A stretch of DNA of 64,000 nucleotides from Auanema rhodensis (taxonomy: Eukaryota > Animalia > Nematoda), in contig OZ059899.1 in assembly GCA_964057225.1 (NCBI GenBank), forward strand, positions 6,944,001-7,008,000, read 5' to 3'. Below, in pieces: positions 1 to 13,725 of this stretch. Position numbers and translations under genes: made by a program. Below the pieces are notes generated by a model that was not told the origin of the DNA, did not search any database, and saw nothing but the letters and a program-made list of their open reading frames with translations. The first letter of the stretch is position 1; each line of letters starts with the position of its first letter.

Positions 1-207
1 ACGAACGACCAGATACTTTTCTTTCATTAAATCTGTAGTCCCTTTAGCACCTTGCGTTCTTTTCCATATATATTTTCAAATTTTTTTATCACGCTTTTGG
101 TATATCATTACTTTCAGATACTCTCAGGCTAGTCTTATCGAAATTGATAACGAATGAAACTAGCGATTATCCAAAATCAAAACGGTTGTTGATACCTTCA
201 CTGAAGA

Positions 208-2225
208 ATGCCGGCCGACGTAGCACCGGGAACAACTTACATACCTACGGTTAGTTTCAAATTATTTTATTCTTTATAATCGTATTTAAGGTTGGCCTTT
301 TGTATATTTTCAATCTTATTGTCGGCACAGGAGCTTTAGCTCTTCCAAAAGCATTTCAAACAGCTGGTTGGGGTCTTAGTATAGTTGTTCTAGCTGTTTC
401 TGCTCTTATCAGGTCAGTTTTTTTTTGTGTGCAATCAGTTGTTTTTCTTTTCAGTTATGTAGCCGCTACGTTCGTTATAGAGGCACTTTCTGTTGCTAAT
501 GCAGTTCATGCTAAAACTACTCGTCGAACATCTACAACAGAATATGATGGTAAAATCCTCTTTTTCAGTTTTAGTTTTACTACATAGCATGTGTTCTAGA
601 TGTTGCTGTCAGTGAAGGAGGTCCATCATCATTTGAAATTACTCAACGTTTTGAAGTGGTAAGTAATTGATATATTATTAGATATTTAATATTTAACACA
701 CAGAGCCAAATGGCTACTATGTTCCTTGGATCAAAAGCAATTTTTTTCTCCCACTTATTCATGAATATATATTTGTTTGGAGATCTTGCTATTTATTCAA
801 CCACCGTACCAAAATCAACTATGAATGTAATTTGGTAATTGATGAATAGATGTGATGTTTCTTAGTTTCTGTCTCATTTTTAGCTCTAGTTTTAATGCCT
901 CCAGTGTTCTACCATCGGATCCATGCAGAGAAAACTGGCCTTTATTTTTTTCCAGAATGATGGGTTTGGTTAATTAATATATTCAAGATTTTAATATATT
1001 TTTTAGTTTATCGGGTTTGTGTATTTCTTTTCATAGCTGTGTGCACCCCAATGGTGTTGGTGGGGATTACTAAAACGAAATATCTTCAACTTGCAACCAC
1101 TTTATCACGCTGGTCCGGTAAGTTCAATTTGAAAGTTTTTCGTGTACTTCATATTTTATAGCATTCATATTAATGATTTTTCTGGCCACTACTCAATTGA
1201 TCAACGATGGTCCTGCTGGAAATCCTCCTGCTGCAAATGTTCACGGGTTTGGTTCGTTATTCGGATGCGCTGTGTATGCTTTTATGTGCCATCACAGTCT
1301 TCCCGGTTTGGTCACTCCAATGAGGTTTAATTTAGAGTTAGATTAAAATGAATAATTATTTTATTTACTAGCTCAAAAGCAGGCCTGTTTGGTAGACTCA
1401 GTATGATCTATATGATTGTTCTCATGTTTTATTTCACTTTATCTATTACTGGTGCTTTTACCTTCGAGCATGTGCAGGTTTGTTAAATTCGCATTGCATA
1501 ACGGATATCATGTTCTTGCAGGATATTTATACTCTTAATTTCTGGCATGATGATTATTCTTCTGCTTTATATTTCTTTATCGATTACTTCCTTGCATTTT
1601 TCCCTGTTTTCACACTTACTACTAATTATCCCATCGTAGCTATAACTTTAATTAATAATGTTAAAGTTCTGAAAGATATACTTTATCCTCAAGGAAGTGG
1701 AAGGTAGTTCAATTTTATTTTATTTCATTTTAATTATTTATTTTAGTACCTTATCAGAAGAAGAAACATTGTTATCTGATGATGATGAAATTGCACCAAG
1801 ACCTAGAAGCTCTAGTTTGCGTTCTGAAACTGTAAACCTTGTTTTTTTGTTGAATTTTCATTTTTTTTTTCAGAGAACTCCATCAGATATATTAATTCCG
1901 ATTATAGTAATTGGTGCTCCTACTTTAATAAGTTTAGCGACTGATAATGTACTTCTTTTAGCTGCTGCTACCGGTAGTTATCCAGGTATGGTGAAGCAAA
2001 AAATTTATATCATTCCTTTTAAATTTAGGTGTTGGTGTACAATTCGTTATTCCATGTTTGCTGGTCATCAGTGCACGTAAAATAGCTAAATCCCAATTAA
2101 ATTTTCCTGTTCCAAAGAAAAACGCTAGCCCATTCCAATCAGATGCTTGGCCCTTTTTCATATTTTTATGGGCTCTTTTATCAATCGTCATGGTTACTTT
2201 AAATATTCTCGGTGTGCAGTTTTAA
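208..2225 (+). CDS. TMEM104: Transmembrane protein 104 (amino-acid transporter family), multi-exon
   Basis: Spliced exons give MPADVAPGTTYIPT|VGLLYIFNLIVGTGALALPKAF...YLFGDLAIYSTTVPKS...CAVYAFMCHHSLPGLVTPM...FPVFTLTTNYPIVAITLINN, which are typical TMEM104 motifs. Stop TAA at 2223-2225. Confidence 0.88.
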
Positions 2226-2463
2226 TATTTCGGGTCTTCCTAAAGCATTTTTGCTAAGATTCTCTCTTTATAGTTTTTATCGAGCATTTCATTATACTAA
2301 ATTTGCAATTCAGTTCTTGTTTTAGATTATGCGTAGGTTATATTAAACGGATACTAGTCAATATGTGATTGTTTACTTTTGTGATAATTGTTTTTTTTTT
2401 GAAAGCAATAACAATTTTAACAAAAAAAATAAAAAGATCCTAAACAATTCTACTTTCTTAAAT

Positions 2464-3143
2464 TTACTCAGCTAATTCTTGAAACTCATTTGAATTTACA
2501 TCGTGATCAATAAAACTATTTGTCAGATGATGCCATTTTCCTAAGTAGCCAATATCAACGATATTCTCATATAACTCCTCCCAAGGCCACTTCTTCAAGT
2601 TTGAGTCTTGGGAAGAATGAATTCTTATCTAAATCAACAAGATAATAACGCATAATTAAATTAAGCTTACTGTATTATCATGCTTGCTTCTCACAAGAAG
2701 AGAAAAAAACCAAATGTCATAATAATGTAAACGATTTTGGCATAAAAGGAGGGATCTGTAGTCTAACTCTTTGTCTAAAAGTTTTAGTTTAATAATGATA
2801 CAGCATTAAATTTCTCACCTGTTACTGAATTATGTTCGGAGTTAGGAATTAGTACCATCTGCTGACGTTTTAGGCGTAATTCATTCATTGTGTCTTCGAA
2901 AGTTGGGTTTGTCTTATATGCATAATATAGTCCACCTAATATTGAACCAACAAAAACTAAAATTCGAAATTATAAAGCGAGAAAACGTTATACAAGGAAA
3001 CCTGTTTTATGTGGCTTATTTTTAGCTTCTTTCGCTGTATCTACTACTACCATTTTATAATCCCGAGCCATATCTTTCATGAATTCCATCATTTTTTGAC
3101 CTTGTCTTCGGAAAAACCCAACTTTCGTGGCAGAAACTGCCAT
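2464..3143 (-). CDS. TIMM29: Mitochondrial TIM22-complex subunit Tim29-like protein (missing from the ORF track)
   Basis: Spliced translation MAVSATKVGFFRRQGQKMMEFMKDMARDYKMVVVDTAKEAKNKPHK...YYAYKTNPTFEDTMNELR...NIVDIGYLGKWHHLTNSFIDHDVNSNEF. The VDxG..G.W..L....D.DVN..EF tail matches Tim29. TTCAG acceptor 6 nt before the ATG. Confidence 0.75.
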
Positions 3144-3329
3144 TTTGTTCTGAACACGAATAAGAAGAGCCCTGGTAATTTTATAAAAGATAATCGTTGA
3201 GTCAGTATCAAACTGAATATAGAAAAAAAGCTCATTTGATGTATAGATTATAATTTACCACGTTACAACATTAAAAGTTTCCCGAATAACGAATAAATAA
3301 CATAAGAAGTAGCATTATTATCACATTGT

Positions 3330-4495
3330 TTAGCTCATCTTCTTTCTCTTATCTGCATTCCAGTACAAGAAGAATTGAGCGAATATTAAAGCATTCAAAA
3401 CAGCAGCAGATCCATATGATACAATCAAAAGATTATCACCAGTATCTTGAACGGAAGTAAAAACTCTAGCAATGGTTCCTGAAATTAAGATAAATAGATA
3501 ATACATACAAAAGGGTATTACCAGCAAATTGGAGGAAAACGGATATCAGTGAAAGTTGGCCAGTGCTTTGATCTTTATAATTCTGATAGGCTTGAATGGT
3601 CTAAAATCCAAAATGAGAAAATTCTAAACATAAATTTCACCTTAGAAACAAAAACTATCGGGATGCCAGCGGCTTGAATACCAATAAGCACTGGAAGGGG
3701 AATATAATTTCCAATAACAGCAAATGTAAGAGCCCAACTAAATAGTATAAATCATCCATTGGCATAATAATATAGCATATAACTAACTATCTTAAGCATA
3801 AGTTAAAAGAGTGTTTCAAATAAATATAGATCAATTAAAAACTATGTTTAAGAAATTTCAAAAATCATCTTATCGATTAAATGAATTTTGTAACAAATAT
3901 GACTAATAATTTCTAAAAATAAATGTAAATATACCTCAAAGCTAAAAATGAGAAAGCATAGGCACTAGCATCTGAATAATATAGGATTTGCATAATGACA
4001 ATAACCAGTTGAATAGAAACAAAAAATGCATCTCCCCATTGACTGAAAAGACAAAATAGGTTTAAAGTATTTATTCTATTATAATTTTCTAAATATTAAA
4101 AGTCACCTAAACACAAATCCCTTACTGTAGCTGTAGGCAGCAGTACCAAAAGCTCCTACTAATGCTAAGAGCTGGGAAAAAAGTGAAATGCCCTAATTTA
4201 GTTAATTATGAAGAATTAATAGTGGAAATAAAACCTTAGCACTCTTGGAATGATAAATCTTAAGAATCTGAGGAACAAACAACAAAATTGAACCAGCTAC
4301 AACTCCTAATCCCAACAACCTGCTAAGAACCATTGAAGGGCATTTTGCTAAAATACAAATCGTCAATCGGATAAAAATGTATAACAACTTACGATGAAAA
4401 ACGTTAAACTTTATCAACAACTCTTCGAAGCAATTATCAGGGAATACAAATAGTATTGCTTTCTCTACATGCTTTTTTAACAGTTCAACAGCCAT
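3330..4495 (-). CDS. MPDU1: Mannose-P-dolichol utilization defect 1 (PQ-loop protein)
   Basis: CFEELL...LSRLLGLGVVAGSILLFVPQILKI...STGQLS...ARVFTSVQDTGD...QFFLYWN. TTCAG acceptor directly before the ATG. Confidence 0.9.
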
Positions 4496-5989
4496 CCTGA
4501 ATCAGAAGTTAAAAAACCAATATACTATATTATCATATAAAGACACGTTAGCAACAATAAATGAGAATTATTTGGCATTTCGCCAACATGATAAGACTGT
4601 GGAACGCAGTCGCACACGTACTGCAGCCAAACATAATTGAGCCAAAGTTATAAATTTGAATTGAAGGCTTTTAGGTTTATTTATTGGAGGTATCAATCTT
4701 GGCTAGGAATAAATATCAATCTTATCATTTAAATTATTTTGTAGAAAATTCGAGAACAGATAGATCCATTGATGCTCAACGCTCTGTAGAATTAGATACA
4801 GCAAAAAGTAATAATATCACAATAATTAAGACAAATTGGAATAAAAGAGGAATTTTAATTGCAGGTTAATTTTGTGTTTCTTTAATAAACCATTATTCCA
4901 TTCAATAGTCTACGACAAATTTGAACTAACGGAATATTGCACATCTAATTCCAAAGAAATTGAGTAGTTTCAACTTATTTGTTTATTATTAGCTCACACG
5001 ACTATTCAAGCCTTTATTTTATATTCAAAATGGTAGAAATATAATGGCATACACTCACTATTAAACAAATAACCTCATCTTTAGAAAATTTGAATTTGTA
5101 CACAATACAAATTGCATGTAACAAGGTAAGATTATTGACATAGTATTCAAGAGTTTTGATTGCATTTATTAAAATTATAAAATAAATACATCAAATGATT
5201 AAACATTAAAAAATATAAAAATTCAAATGAAAACATTTTATTAATACATTTGTACATTTTTTTCAAATGGTTGATTGCAAATGACAATAATTACAATATT
5301 TTATGTATAAAACTTTTAAAGCTTATAAAAATTGGACAGAACAATTCTCTAAGTTTTCTATATTAATGAAAACTACCATACAAATCAAACTTGCAAGTTA
5401 CAAAAAGCAAGATGTACAGTCTACAGGAATGTCTTAGAAACATAACCCGTTACAATTTCCAACTTTGTTCCATATTTTCTACTTGGAACCAAAGCTTATA
5501 TATATTCAGGTGTGTACAGTACGTTATCTACACAAAAAGAAAAAGAAAATATTTTTTAATAAAAGCTCACTATAAAAGTTTCATAGTATTCTCAAGATTT
5601 GCAAAAAATGAACAGATGTTTTAACAACTACTGAGATGTGTACGGGATAATACTTGTATCTGTATTGCTTTTTAATTAAAAGTAAAAGTCTTTGAATTGA
5701 AGCAAGATATAGCTTACCTTTGCTTCAATTAACCAACATTTATTTAGATCAATGCGAGAGAAGGATAATATTCCAGATACAGGCAATAGTATTAGTTTAC
5801 GGCAATTTAAAAAAAAAGTTTAAAATTATCGGAATGAGTGGGGGAAATCTAATCTCAAGAATTAAAAAAGGCAAAATATTACTAATTGTGGTTTATATTT
5901 TAAAAAACAAAATGAATTTTTCAAGCGTTTATTTAGTTTATTATGGGGAGTGAGCACATTAGCAAAAAACGTATGTACACACCTTATAT

Positions 5990-5998
<9 letters not shown>

Positions 5999-6052
<54 letters not shown>
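5999..6052. repeat. (TA)n microsatellite
   Basis: Perfect TA run downstream of the tbc-7 stop codon. Confidence 0.95.
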
Positions 6053-6055
<3 letters not shown>

Positions 6056-6237
6056 AGAGCTAATCTATCTATTTGGACTAGAAATCTAGAATGGCTAGAA
6101 GCTATAGCCAAGCAGCAAAATATTTAAACATGAGACTAAATGAGCACCTAGTGTAATAATATATCAAGTTAAGCATGTAAAAAAAAAACAAAAAAAAAAC
6201 AAAAAATTAAATTAAAGTGAATACTAACCCACTGCAA

Positions 6238-9200
6238 TTATGAACCCGTGGAAACTCCAAACACTTCTAATTGGTCAATGAAAAATGTTCTTTCTTCCAC
6301 AAGAGCTGGACTATCAAATGTTGTGGATGCAGAAGAAATTCCTTGAGTTAATTCGTCTACTATTCGGATAGCATCACCTCCGCCGGAACCAATCTAAAAT
6401 AGATTCTTATACTACTGGAAGTTCGATTTGAAAAGAGATTCATGGTAAATCTTATTTGACACTTTGAGAAAAAGATTGAACTCACCACGAGCATCCTATC
6501 ATTAGCAGCCATAAACATTTGAGGGCAAGAGTCAGCATGATCATTATTGTTTCCAACCCAGCCATATATTACCGGCTCATCTTCCGATTCCAATCTCCAA
6601 ACAAATGATTCTCCAGTTCCGAAATATCTAAAATTATTCAAACGACTCAAATGTTGAATTCAAAACGTAAGCTTACTTTGACTTGGTTCTTTCTCGTCGA
6701 TCATTCCGTTCGGCCCATGATGAACTACAATAGCCTCCAAAAACTTCTCCAGATAAAGTTCGTATTATCAACAGAGATTGATCAGCTTCATCAATTCTTT
6801 AAAAACATAAAAAATATAAAAATGTCTTTTCAAATGCAATACCTATGCCATAAATTAGTGAAACTGGCGCCATCGTCACTCAAACGGAAGAGTAGATTAG
6901 GTGTAATAAGTTGGAGTCGAAGAGGAAGATTAGTTATCAAAATTGCAGCTACTTCTGAAATTCAACAGTGAATGAAATATAAAAAAGAATAAAATATTCT
7001 ACCGCTATTTACTATATTGGACTCAAAGGCCCGTACGACAAGATCTCTAGTAGCTCTTCCTACTCGACTTCCTTTCTTCAAGGATTGCTGATGATTAACC
7101 TCATCTCGAAGCTAAAGAAAACTAATTAGCAAAAAGGAACAAAAATGTGATTACACCTTATCTTCAAATTCCTTTTGGAATAAAGAAATTTTCGAACTTT
7201 GCAAGTTGCGAATTCTGACACATGTTTCAATAAATGTTTCAGTGCTTAACTGAAAAAAAAAGAAAACATTAATAAACAGAACAAAATAATTTCTAACTTG
7301 TAACTGCTGAGCGGTTGTAGCAATTTCTCTTTTGACCAATTCAACACGTTCATCTTGCGATTTACCGGATAAATCTGTTGTATCGTGCTGAAAATATAAA
7401 AATTTTAAATAACAAGAATTAACACTACCTTGAAAGACTTCGACCAAATATATACAATCGCAATTCCTGCTCTGGTAATAAACTTATGTCCCTCTACAAG
7501 AAAACAGTCAATAACACGAACAACATGAGCCAAGGGTAGCCCTTGGAAAATCCAAGATAGCCAATCTCTTAACTAAAAAAAATTCGACTTTTAGAATTTC
7601 ATGAATATATTATACCGTTTCTGCCAAAACTTCATCGTTTGATGTGCCGCAGCGTCTCTTTAACAGTACATAAGATTGAGGTTTATGTTTTTTAAGCAAA
7701 GCCAAAATTGTATGAGCAGATGCCACCCATTCAACAGGAGACGTCATTAAGTAACCCTGAAACAGCAGAAACTAAAAAAGAGATAAGATAATCTTTCGAT
7801 AAACAATCATGCTTCATGCTATTTTTATAGAAATATTGTAGGAAAAGTCACCTTATGTGCTAATAATTGATGAATACAAGCAAAAACATCAGCATCCTCC
7901 AAATAGTGAAGCATAATAGCACATAACGGATAAAGAATCTTTAAAAAAAAATTATAAAATAATATTTACAATATTATTGTACCGGAGCAGAACTAATTTC
8001 GGGACGCATATTCTCTATGATTTTCAATAGCCTTAACAGCCGAATTGATCCTTGTTCATTCAAATCAAAGTTATTGATCACTACACCATCTTCACTGAGG
8101 AACTGGGGCTTGCTAGTTTTCTCTAAAATAAAGAAAGATTAGCTCGCTCGCTATTTTAATACCCTTCACACTAGGGTTAAGACTTTGCTATGTGCACGAC
8201 TAGAAGCTAGCTTGAAGCTTAATCAAACACGATAACACACAAACAACAGCCAGAAAGAAGCACGTTATGTGACAAATTCATTAAATACAGAGAGGTAAAA
8301 AACTTTTTTTGTTTACTTAATCAAGTAAAACTCGTACAATAAGAAACTCAACTTACTTCCACCTCTTAATAACTCTTCTAGTTGACCACGAAAAACAGAA
8401 CGACTGCTATCAAAGTCTTTGCCTTTACATAACTCTTTCCATAACTCTCTCCTAACTTCATGACGTGAAGGCCAGTCCGCTTTTCGAACAATTTTTTTTA
8501 CCTAAAAATTAATTCAGATTTAATGAACAATTAAAACAATAAAAATTTAGAAACTGCTTTTGTACTCAGTACATACGTCAGAGGAAAATAGATAATCTTG
8601 CCAGAAGTCATTAGCAAAAGAATCCTCAGAATAGCCTGAATCAGACGATGCTACATCAGAATCACAGCTCGACGAATGGTCAAACAGATGCACTCGACTG
8701 ATATCCATAGAAACTTCAAACCCAAATCTTACTATGATAGCATTAGAAAATCAATGAGACCTCTAAAGAAACAAGGCCAAGGTCCGGAAAGGATACAGAC
8801 TAGAAAGAGGACTGAACAGCGAGAAATGGAGATATATATGACAGCGCAAACCGTGTACGGTAAACAAATGAATTCAGAGTGGAGCACAAGAGGCGGAAGC
8901 TAGAATGAGGAGCAAATGCGAAAACCGGAAAGAACGAATGAACTTTTCAGGTCAAGAACGATACGGCAAATATACACAAGTTCCGTCAAGACTAGAATAC
9001 ATTGACGAAAATTTTAGAAGAAGAAACCTCAGAGAGAAAAATAGAAAAAGAGCAACTCGTAGGTTAACTTTAAAAGCTTATGACATATCATTTACTAATA
9101 TTATTTCAGGTTATCAAAATCAAGATTAAGGGACTAATTATTTGCATCTGAAGAATTTATTTATTGACTCAAACGACTAAATAATAAACAAGACCGCAAA

Positions 9201-10600
9201 TAACAAATATAACTATTGTAATATAAAATATTACAAGCTACTTTACAGTTAGGGTTGCAGAAATGAGAAGAAACTCATGACAACGAAAGAACCCAGCGTG
9301 TGCAACATGAACATCTGAATGAATTGCAAACAGAACTGAACTTATATTTGCCTAATAATAAAGAGGGCCCGAAATCGTATCTCTGTGTTTCATGCTTAAC
9401 CCATCTTGCACAACGTGAAAACTCACAAAATAGTATACTCTACACCAAAAATGGTATTTGCTATTCTCGATTTTGCTTCACGTCATGAGGAAACCTGTGA
9501 GTCAAGAAAAATCTTTGATCGTACAAATGACTATTCATCGTCAATATGTAAGTTGCAACCCAGAACATGTATACGAATTTTAGTGCGTAAGTAGAATCCC
9601 ACAAAATTTTCATAAACTATCAGATCACAAACCTTATCACTACGATTCAGCCGTAGATTTTCTTTTATTTCAGTAAGCCTGGATGGTAGGTCGGAAGCAG
9701 CCACTGCCAAATTACTGTTGCTACTGAAGGGAGGACCAGATTCCTAAAAAAAAAACATTTTATTAAGAAGCAGAAAAAAATATTCTCTCTGTGTAGCCGC
9801 ATGCTTATAAAAACGATAGTGGAACCGGAAAACTTACCATTTTTACAAAGTAAAACTCTTGAATAGATTTAGGAACAAAATTGAGTGAGAATTATTGAAA
9901 TTTAGAGAGCAAATGTAGTAGTAAAGCTTCAGAGGAAATCGTTGGGTCACAATCAATATCCTCCCGGCCTAAGAATGGATGGCAATAACCAGAAGCTGAG
10001 GGTTGCTATTACTAGATTCAAAATCGACTAAGCATAGTTAGTGGCAGATGGAAAGGTTTGCACGTTGTGAATATCTCATTATTGGCCATTCTTACACAAC
10101 CTTACTTTGTAAGAGCATCAGGTGGCAACCTAAGAAATTTACACAGAAAGAATATACAAAGTAAAGCCAACATTAGGATAATGAAAAGAATAAAAAAAAC
10201 ACCTTTTTTTCTTTTCTCGGTGCGAAGGATTCACGAGATTGCCGAGAGGAACGACTTGGCAACCGAATAGACCTTCTGATAGCGGCTGAAAGCCTCCTGA
10301 AACATCGGGAAATATGCCTCGAAAACAGAAAGTGGAATTTTGAAAAATATTTTCAAATTAATTTCAGTATATCAAACATAGTAAAATATGTAAATAAAAA
10401 TCTGTTTTCTTACTATATAAAGACATTAAGAATAAGCAAATTAAATTAAATCATTGATATAAAAATTACAGAACGTTGAAAGCAGAAAGTGCATAAACCT
10501 ACGCGAATGATCCGCCGCTTCTGGTATAACCTCTTTTAAAAATAGGTTCAGGGTTCTCGTCAAACGAGTCATCATCTTCAGCTGCCTCCAACGAATTCAT
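6238..10600 (-). CDS. TBC1D24: TBC + TLDc domain protein (TBC1D24/Skywalker/tbc-7 type), with alternative first exons
   Basis: TBC exons VKKIVRKADWP...RRELW and VVRVIDCFLVEGHKFI; TLDc exons LLFRLSDDGASF, YFGTGESFVW, IGSGGGDAIRIVDELTQGISSASTTFDSPALV...LEVFG. The 5' exons are phase-compatible. Confidence 0.88.
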
Positions 10601-11984
10601 TACGGCAAAAATTGGTGCCCTACCTGAAAATTATGTTTTCTCAAGTATAGTTATCACATTTAGTCATTAGGCAACTGTCTAATCTCATCTAGGACATCAA
10701 AAAGACAAGATATGCAAGATAAGCAACAAACAAGACATATGGATGAGCAGATACCATACATAATTTTTTTTAAAAATTAATTAAGTAAGAAATGAATTTT
10801 TGAAATTCATGAGTGTCTCATTCTTCCAAATGATCAATTCATAGAAACGCAGTAGTTACTGTCGCTTTCAATTTATTGATGATGATCACTTAAAGTGTGA
10901 CATAATTACCTTAACCGACAGTCCGGGCAAGTAGAACAAAAGTGGTAGCTAAAGTAAAAAAGCAATTAAGTAACACTAATTGAACCAAAATATCCTAAAA
11001 TTTGATCAGATCTAATTGGAAGATAACCTGATATTAAAACTTTGATAACATGAAAAGATGGGACAATTGATAATAATTTCATCTGCGCAGACAAGACCAA
11101 ATCAATAGGCCAAGAAAATATTCGGTTTCACGAGGAAATACGTACATCACAGTAGATGATAACCGTCGAATACAATGTACCACCAGTCATCTGGTTTCAA
11201 GCGAAAGAAAATGAGAGATACACTAGACACACACCAACTACTTCCTATATCACCCCACCAATCATAGACAGTCAAATTTTGTAAAAGAAAACGAAGAATA
11301 ACAATTGGCGATAATTTACGGACTACCTATCGATAAACTTATTCGAAACGTTGTCGTTGTTCTACAGATGGAACAAACCAAATTAATAATCTTTGTATGT
11401 AAATAAAAGTGCAATTCATGAGAATTAGTTTAAGAACAACCAAATTATAGAAGCATGTTAAATCAGCATTGGATATTTCATATATTACCTAGATAAACTT
11501 ACATCCAAAAATTAAAAATTGTCAAATTTATATAGATATATATAGTGAATATTTTTTTTTAATTGTAGAACAGCTATTTGGAATCAAATATAATTAAACA
11601 AAAAATAGAAAAGAAAAATAATAAAAATGCATAATGTTGAAACAAAAAATATAAATAGTAAGCTTTCTTATGATAAGATAAAAGAACTGTTACCTCAAAA
11701 AACGGGATCCTTCAAATATATACAAGCAAGCATTGAAGCATTATGTTAGAGGAAACAGAATTTTAACCTATAAACATTGAATCAATGTTTATATTTAGCA
11801 TTTTAAATTGCATCTGGTAGTACAGTACGGGATTACGTCGTGTGTTTAGAAATAAGATACGCAAAATACAAGCTAATAGGTTATTTTTATTCAAACGCTA
11901 CTTTAAGATACTAAGCTAAAATAAAATTTTTATTTGTTTCGATGTATTACTTAAGGAAATATGAAAAATAATTGAAAGTTTTAG

Positions 11985-12474
11985 ATGACGGATATTGAAT
12001 CAACTTCTACTGAAGGTATTACAGATACCGTAGACAAGTTAATTCAGGTACAAGCCACGGCTTCAAGGTATTCCACTCCGACAAAGAAATGGTGTTTTAA
12101 TAGTTTTTAGAGTTCAGAATCAAAAACGAGCTCTTATTAACCTGGACGAACGTAGACAAAAATTAAGAGAAGCTGAAGGAATGTTAAGGAAAAGTAAATT
12201 GCAGGTATACGCCATATTTTTCATTGGGAAGTGTTTTGTTGTTCTTTAGGGTCCCAATACATGGGTTTGCCTAGGCCCAACCACTTTCATACAATTTCCC
12301 ACGGACACTGCAGCCGGTTTTCTTTCAAAGGATCGAAATGTTGTAGAAGATGCTATATCGGAGACGCAAAAAGACGTTCATAAAAGTATAAATGAGCTTC
12401 TAAGTTTAGAAGGTGGAAAAACGTTAGCAGAGCGCGGGTTTGATCTTGAGTCCATAACTTCTGCTAAAAATTGA
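11985..12474 (+). CDS. PDRG1: p53 and DNA damage-regulated protein 1 (prefoldin-like, PAQosome subunit)
   Basis: Three exons: LINLDERRQKLREA...TWVCLGPTTFIQFP...INELLSLEGGKTLAERGFDLESI. TTTTAG immediately before the ATG. Confidence 0.8.
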
Positions 12475-12599
12475 ATTGTTATATAGTTGTTATTAAATTT
12501 TTTTGTTATATTCTTGTTTTCTAAATCAAGATTCCGTTCATTTTATATCGTTGTTGTATTTTCGTTCATTAGAATCTTTTTGTTACGTTTGCTTTTAGA

Positions 12600-13548
12600 A
12601 TGTCTATTCAACAAGTTTTTGTTATTAGTAGAGCTGGAAGTTTGATATATGACTGGGAATCCAAAGCTGAGCCGGTAAATTCAACATATTATCTCATTAC
12701 TTCTATGTTTCTTTAGATTGAAATTCAAAAAATGTTTGATTATCCTCTGGGTATTGTTTTAGAAGAAATAGACTCCAAAGCAGTTGTTGTGTTCGGAGAA
12801 CGCGATGGAATTAAACTACGGTTGGTAGAATTGTTCACATTATTATATTTTATTTTACATTGGAAAGTGTTTTAGTTATCATGTTACTGCGGTGAATAAG
12901 TGCCCAGTGGTAGGAACAAGGTTTACTCCTGAGGATTCAGGGGAGGAATGTAATGTGTTCTCATATGTAGAAGATGAAAATAATTATCCTGTGAGTAATT
13001 TTCTTTTTTAATATTATCTTTTGGTATCTCAGATGTTTTTGAAATTCTCAGCACCTTCCATAACTACTAATGAAAAAATCATTTTATCTTCAATGTTCCA
13101 TTCTCTCTTTACTATTGCTGTACAATTAAGCCCAGTTAACAAAAGCTCAGGAATTGAGGTTTTCTAGTGTATTTTGTCTATGTTTTTGTAACAATTTTTT
13201 TAAGGTTTTGGAAACTTCCCAATTTCGATTATGTTGTTTACAAAGCAGGACGGGTAAACTAATTATTTTCTTCTTGGTTATTTTTAATTTTTTAGGTGTA
13301 AAATTTGTAATAGTTACATCTGCCGGTGCAACAGTCCCCGTTGAATCTATTTTAAATAAGCTTTATGAACTTTATTCAGATTATGCTTTGAAGAATCCTT
13401 TTTATGCAATTGATATGCCTATCAGGTTTGATTTATAAACCTTGATTGGTTGTTTTAGAGAACATATTCTAGATGTCAAAAATTTGAAGATGGGCTCAAA
13501 TCACTTTTAGAAAAAGTGGAAAAAAATACTAGTGCTGTAGCCATATAG
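12600..13548 (+). CDS. TRAPPC4: Trafficking protein particle complex subunit 4 (Trs23)
   Basis: [18 protein letters not shown]...[48 protein letters not shown]...[27 protein letters not shown]. Confidence 0.93.
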
Positions 13549-13725
13549 TTCCACGATTCATGGGTAGTTTCAATAATATGTATTTATATGTTTTACTGTG
13601 ATTTTTTGAATTCATTGAACAATGCTTATAAATTTTTTTTTACATTCAGAATATTATTGTTTGGTATAATACCAATTTTATTTAGCAACAGCTCAACTCA
13701 AGTTTTTCTTATATAATCTGTTTAG

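Noticed and set aside
4561-4967. Possible small + strand gene divergent from MPDU1
   Set aside because: The last two exon-like pieces are in phase, but I could not join them to a start codon without a stop, and I recognise no homology.
8162-8217. Possible cassette or poison exon in tbc-7
   Set aside because: Weak splice sites; the flanking exons join in frame without it.
8676-9594. Plus-strand ORFs in the track
   Set aside because: They lie antisense within tbc-7 introns and promoters and have no recognisable protein features.
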